Shown here: positions 7,698 to 10,899 of the stretch, one piece after another
How positions within the stretch are numbered: position 1 is the first letter of the stretch
Layout of the letters: each line of letters starts with the position of its first letter
Assembly (NCBI GenBank): GCA_046757025.1
Contig: JBHHXN010000173.1
Coordinates: 1 to 10,899 of the forward strand
Origin: a bacterium
GTDB taxonomy: Bacteria; Zhuqueibacterota; Zhuqueibacteria; Oceanimicrobiales; Oceanimicrobiaceae
Length of the DNA: 10,899 nucleotides
Direction: 5' to 3'
Notes under the pieces: generated by a model
What the model saw: only the letters and a program-made list of their open reading frames with translations
What the model was told of the DNA's origin: nothing
The model's database searches: none
Translations under genes and position numbers: made by a program

Positions 7698-9281
7698 ATG
7701 GCCAACAAAGAAAACAACAACAAATCTCTTGAAACCTGGATCTGGGATGCTGCCTGCAGCATTCGCGGCGCTAAGGACGCTTCAAAATACAAAGATTATA
7801 TCCTCCCTCTCATCTTCACCAAGCGACTGTGTGACGTTTTCGATGACGAGTTGAATCGCATCGCTGAGGAAGTCGGTTCGCGCGAGAAGGCCTTTGCGCT
7901 GGTGAAACGAGATAAAAGCCTCGTGCGCTTTTACCTGCCCCTGGAGCCGGAAAATCCAGATGAGCCTGTCTGGTCGGCTATACGCAAGCTTTCGGATAAA
8001 ATCGGCGAACGATTGACCACTTACCTGCGCGACATCGCGCGCGAGAATCCCCTCCTTCAGGGCATCATCGACCGGGTGGATTTTAACGCGACCACCCACG
8101 GCCAGCGGGATATCGAGGATGACCGGCTCAGCAACCTCATCGAAGCCATCAGCATGAAGCGGCTGGGTTTACAGGATGTGGAGGCCGACATCATCGGGCG
8201 CAGTTACGAGTATCTTATCCGCAAATTTGCCGAGGGCAGCGGCCAGAGCGCCGGTGAGTTTTACACGCCGAAAGAAGTTGGCCTGATCATGGCGAAGATC
8301 ATGGACCCGGAGCCAGGCATGGAAATCTACGATCCGTGCTGCGGCTCTGCAGGCCTGCTGATAAAGTGCGAGCTGGCGCTGGACGAGAAAATGAAGTCTT
8401 CGAACTCTGTCAGGGTTTCAAACCCTGACAGAGTTACTGGGTATGCGCCGCTCAAACTCTTTGGTCAGGAGTACACGCCCGAAACCTGGGCCATGGCCAA
8501 CATGAACATGATCATTCACGACATGGAAGGGCAGATCGAAATCGGCGACACTTTCCGCACTCCCAAGTTCCGCAAACAGAACCGGCTGCAGACCTTTGAC
8601 CGCGTGGTGGCCAATCCCATGTGGAACCAGGACTGGTTCACCGAGAAAGATTACGATGCCGACGAGCTCGACCGCTTTCCGCAGGGCGCGGGCTTTCCCG
8701 GCAAGCAGTCGGCGGACTGGGGGTGGGTGCAGCACATGCACGCCAGTCTGAAAGGCACCGGACGGGCAGCAATTGTGCTTGATACCGGTGCGGCTTCGCG
8801 GGGCTCCGGTAATGCTGGTAAAAATAAAGAAAAAGAGGTGCGCAAATGGTTTGTGGAGAACGACCTGATTGAAGGGGTAATCTACCTGCCGGAGAATCTG
8901 TTCTACAACACCAGCGCACCGGGCATTGTTTTGTTTTTGCACAAAAACAAACCGGCTGATCGCAAAGGCAAGCTCTTCCTGCTCAACGCCAGCAAAGAGT
9001 TCGAGAAGGGCGACCCGAAGAACTACATACCGGACGAAGGCATCGAGCGCATTGCTGAGACTTTTAAGGCTTGGAAAGAAGAGGACAAGTTTTCGCGTAT
9101 CGTCGGGCTGGAAGAGATTCGCAAGAACGATTACAACATTTCACCGAGTCGGTATATTCACACCGGGGAGCGTGAGACTTACAGGCCGATTGCGGAGATT
9201 GTGACGGAGTTGGATAAGTTAGAGAGGGAAGAGCGGAGCATCAACCGAGATTTACGGGAGATTTTAAGCAAGATCATGTGA
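7698..9281 (+). CDS. hsdM: Type I restriction-modification methyltransferase subunit M (N6-adenine)
   Basis: N-terminal LETWIWDAACSIRG/YKDYILPLIFTKRL, GEFYTP, SAM motif I YDPCCGSAGLL, catalytic motif IV VANPMW, LPENLFYNT, YNISPSRYI. Confidence 0.95.
   Translation: MANKENNNKSLETWIWDAACSIRGAKDASKYKDYILPLIFTKRLCDVFDDELNRIAEEVGSREKAFALVKRDKSLVRFYLPLEPENPDEPVWSAIRKLSDKIGERLTTYLRDIARENPLLQGIIDRVDFNATTHGQRDIEDDRLSNLIEAISMKRLGLQDVEADIIGRSYEYLIRKFAEGSGQSAGEFYTPKEVGLIMAKIMDPEPGMEIYDPCCGSAGLLIKCELALDEKMKSSNSVRVSNPDRVTGYAPLKLFGQEYTPETWAMANMNMIIHDMEGQIEIGDTFRTPKFRKQNRLQTFDRVVANPMWNQDWFTEKDYDADELDRFPQGAGFPGKQSADWGWVQHMHASLKGTGRAAIVLDTGAASRGSGNAGKNKEKEVRKWFVENDLIEGVIYLPENLFYNTSAPGIVLFLHKNKPADRKGKLFLLNASKEFEKGDPKNYIPDEGIERIAETFKAWKEEDKFSRIVGLEEIRKNDYNISPSRYIHTGERETYRPIAEIVTELDKLEREERSINRDLREILSKIM
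8403..8435. repeat. Perfect 33-bp palindrome (REP-like) in frame within hsdM
   Basis: AACTCTGTCAGGGTTT-C-AAACCCTGACAGAGTT: 16-bp perfect arms, exactly 11 codons (NSVRVSNPDRV). Confidence 0.9.
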
Positions 9282-9296
9282 GTGGCCGCTTATTTG

Positions 9297-9580
9297 TGTC
9301 ATTTCGAAGAACCGCCCCTTTCTATTGTCATTTCGAGGAGCGCAGCGACGAGAAATCTTAGGCTCCATGCACTGAGCAAGCCCAAAGATTTCTCGCCCGG
9401 CAAAAAACCGCCGGACTCGAAATGACAGGGCGGGTGGTGAGCGTGGCACCTCGTGTTGTTGTCATTTCGAGGAGCGGCGGCGACGGCCCTCTGTCATTTC
9501 GAGGAGCGCAGCGACGAGAAATCTTGGGCTCGGCGCACCCAGCCGAGCCCAAAAGATTTCTCGCTTCGCTCGAAATGACA
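9297..9580. repeat. Left cluster of TGTCATTTCGA palindromic (REP/RPE-like) elements
   Basis: Half-site 9297-9308, full unit 9326-9427, half-site 9460-9485, full unit 9492-9580. Consensus TGTCATTTCGAGGAGCGCAGCGACGAGAAATCTT-variable hairpin-AAGATTTCTCG..CTCGAAATGACA. Confidence 0.92.
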
Positions 9581-9605
9581 ACGGTGTAGGAGATGCGAGA
9601 ATACA

Positions 9606-9902
9606 ATGGCTAAAACCTACTACGTCTACTTACTCACGAACTGGAACAACAAGGTTATGTATGTTGGCGTGACCAACGATTTGCTACGACGGATGTATGA
9701 ACACAAACAAAAACTCGTCAAAGGATTTACTGAGAAGTACAACGTCAACAAGCTTGTCTATTTTGAGGAGACCGATGACGTGACCGTAGCCATTGCCAGA
9801 GAAAAAGAAATCAAGAAGTGGCGAAGGGAGAAAAAGAATGGGCTGGTTGAAACCACGAATCCTGAGTGGAAGGACCTGAGCGAAGGTTGGTTTGATGACT
9901 GA
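9606..9902 (+). CDS. Small stand-alone GIY-YIG nuclease
   Basis: YYVYLL...MYVGVTNDLLRRMYEHK...GFTEKY...LVYFE...AIAREKEIKKWRREKK...NPEWKDL. The Tyr/Arg/His/Glu/Asn residues typical of the family are intact. AGGAG at 9588-9592. Confidence 0.93.
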   Translation: MAKTYYVYLLTNWNNKVMYVGVTNDLLRRMYEHKQKLVKGFTEKYNVNKLVYFEETDDVTVAIAREKEIKKWRREKKNGLVETTNPEWKDLSEGWFDD

Positions 9903-9938
9903 ATCACTGCTTCCGAATTGCTCGAAACGTTCCTCACT

Positions 9939-10020
9939 TGTCATTTCGAAGGAGCGTAGCGACTGAGAAATCTTACTGGGTGAGGTGCCAAAAGATTTCT
10001 CGTATTCGCTCGAAATGACA
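9939..10020. repeat. TGTCATTTCGA palindromic element (right of GIY-YIG gene)
   Basis: TGTCATTTCGAAGGAGCGTAGCGACTGAGAAATCTT...AAGATTTCTCGTATTCGCTCGAAATGACA. Confidence 0.92.
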
Positions 10021-10027
10021 GCGGTGG

Positions 10028-10129
10028 GGGGAGCGCGCGACGTATCGAGCGATTGCGGAGATTGTGGCGGAGTTGGAGGCACGAGACACAGATCTGTAGT
10101 TACGTAAGATTTTAGACAGAATCATGTGA
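10028..10129 (+). pseudogene. Second, orphan copy of the hsdM 3' end
   Basis: Translates GERATYRAIAEIVAELEARDTDL*LRKILDRIM* versus hsdM GERETYRPIAEIVTELDKLEREERSINRDLREILSKIM*. The 28-bp core 10050-10077 matches 9187-9214 at 27/28. Confidence 0.9.
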
Positions 10130-10144
10130 GACGTCACTTTTGTT

Positions 10145-10227
10145 TGTCATTTCGAAGGAGCAAAGCGACTGAGAAATCCTTTCCGGGTATGTGCTAAAAA
10201 GATTTCTCGCATTCGCTCGAAATGACA
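10145..10227. repeat. TGTCATTTCGA palindromic element (fourth full unit)
   Basis: TGTCATTTCGAAGGAGCAAAGCGACTGAGAAATC...GATTTCTCGCATTCGCTCGAAATGACA; near copy of 9939-10020. Confidence 0.92.
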
Positions 10228-10234
10228 GCGGTGG

Positions 10235-10357
10235 GGGGAGTGCGCGACGTATCGAGCGATTGCGGAGATTGTGGCGGAGTTGGAGGACGAGGCAATAGAA
10301 AACGATTCTTCTCTTAAGAAAATCGTTCAATAATTGATGAGCCAAACATGGAATTAG
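10235..10357 (+). pseudogene. Third, orphan copy of the hsdM 3' end, overlapping the hsdS start
   Basis: Translates GECATYRAIAEIVAELEDEAIENDSSLKKIVQ*LMSQTWN*. Core 10257-10284 is identical to 10050-10077. The distal stop TAG 10355-10357 lies just past the hsdS ATG at 10348. Confidence 0.85.
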
Positions 10358-10899
10358 AATTATTAAATCTTCCAGATGATTGGAGAATAGCGCGACTTGA
10401 CGAAGCCTTCGAGTTCACTAAGAAACCTTTCGGCATGAAGATCAGAAATGGTCAACTTGTGCCTTTTATTCCAATGGATAGAATTCCAATTGGACGTCTC
10501 TTTGTTGAGGCCGCTGAAGTTCGAGAAAAAGTAGGAAGTGGAACCTACTTTGAAAATGGAGACTTCCTTCTCCCCAAAATCACACCTTCTTTTGAAAATG
10601 GTAAGCAAGCAATCGCGAGATTAGACGGTGATTACGGCTATGCAACTACGGAAGTGATTCCTATTCGAGAAAGAGAAGGCATTAGTGACACGTATTTCCT
10701 TCATTACGTTTTATTGCATCCAGAAATCAGAGCAGACTTGGCCGGTAAGATGGACGGAACGACCGGTCGACAACGCCTTCGAAAAGAAGTAGTCGCCGAT
10801 CGCCTGATCCCCCTTCCCCCGCTCCCCGAACAAAAGAAAATCGCCCACGTCCTCTCCACGGTGCAGCGGGCGATTGAGCAGCAGGAGCGCATCATTCAG
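10348..10899 (+). CDS. hsdS: Type I R-M specificity subunit S (5' part, runs off the window)
   Basis: Not in the ORF track because it has no stop. My translation: MELELLNLPDDWRIARLDEAF...FENGDFLLPKITPSFENGK...ATTEVIPI...MDGTTGRQRL...IPLPPLPEQKKIAHVLSTVQRAIEQQERIIQ. It shows the LPxxW start, a TRD, and the conserved IPLPPLxEQxxI helix. Confidence 0.95.
   Translation, partial: MELELLNLPDDWRIARLDEAFEFTKKPFGMKIRNGQLVPFIPMDRIPIGRLFVEAAEVREKVGSGTYFENGDFLLPKITPSFENGKQAIARLDGDYGYATTEVIPIREREGISDTYFLHYVLLHPEIRADLAGKMDGTTGRQRLRKEVVADRLIPLPPLPEQKKIAHVLSTVQRAIEQQERIIQ

Noticed and set aside
8605..8625. NPMW instead of NPP(Y/F/W) as a sign of an inactive methyltransferase
   Set aside because: The catalytic Asn and the aromatic residue are retained and the rest of the gene is intact, so it is most likely a subfamily variant. 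An alignment would be needed to confirm.
1063..9204. Short antisense and alternative-frame ORFs within acnA, DUF5995, dut, DUF3644 and hsdM
   Set aside because: They are shadows of well-supported genes with no recognisable motifs.
9297..10227. CRISPR array
   Set aside because: Units are 82-102-bp self-complementary elements with irregular spacing and interspersed gene fragments. There is no constant repeat-spacer period and no cas gene in the window.
9165..10333. Diversity-generating retroelement TR/VR pair
   Set aside because: Differences among the hsdM tail copies are not adenine-specific and include in-frame indels. No reverse transcriptase is in the window.
9264..10345. Minus-strand ORFs 9264-9449, 9358-9606, 9684-10082 and 10112-10345
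   Set aside because: They are translations of the palindromic repeats (VISS..., KISRRCAPRND, SFEMT) or lie antisense to the GIY-YIG gene.

Overview
Bacterial chromosomal window with two parts. 1-5626 is housekeeping: a damaged thioredoxin-TPR (YbbN/CnoX-like) gene, aconitase acnA, a DUF423 membrane protein, a DUF5995-like protein and dUTPase. From about 5627 it is an accessory/defence island: an AT-rich spacer with an integron attC site and related remnants, a DUF3644/HEPN-like gene that looks like a former integron cassette, and a type I restriction-modification locus (hsdM, 5' part of hsdS). The most unusual structure lies between hsdM and hsdS. The hsdM 3' end occurs three times, separated by TGTCATTTCGA...TCGAAATGACA palindromic elements. 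This defines an 863-bp module carrying a small GIY-YIG nuclease and a 207-bp empty module, each apparently supplying a replacement HsdM C-terminus. hsdM also contains an in-frame, perfect 33-bp palindrome of a different repeat family. All family assignments are from motif recognition, not database searches.
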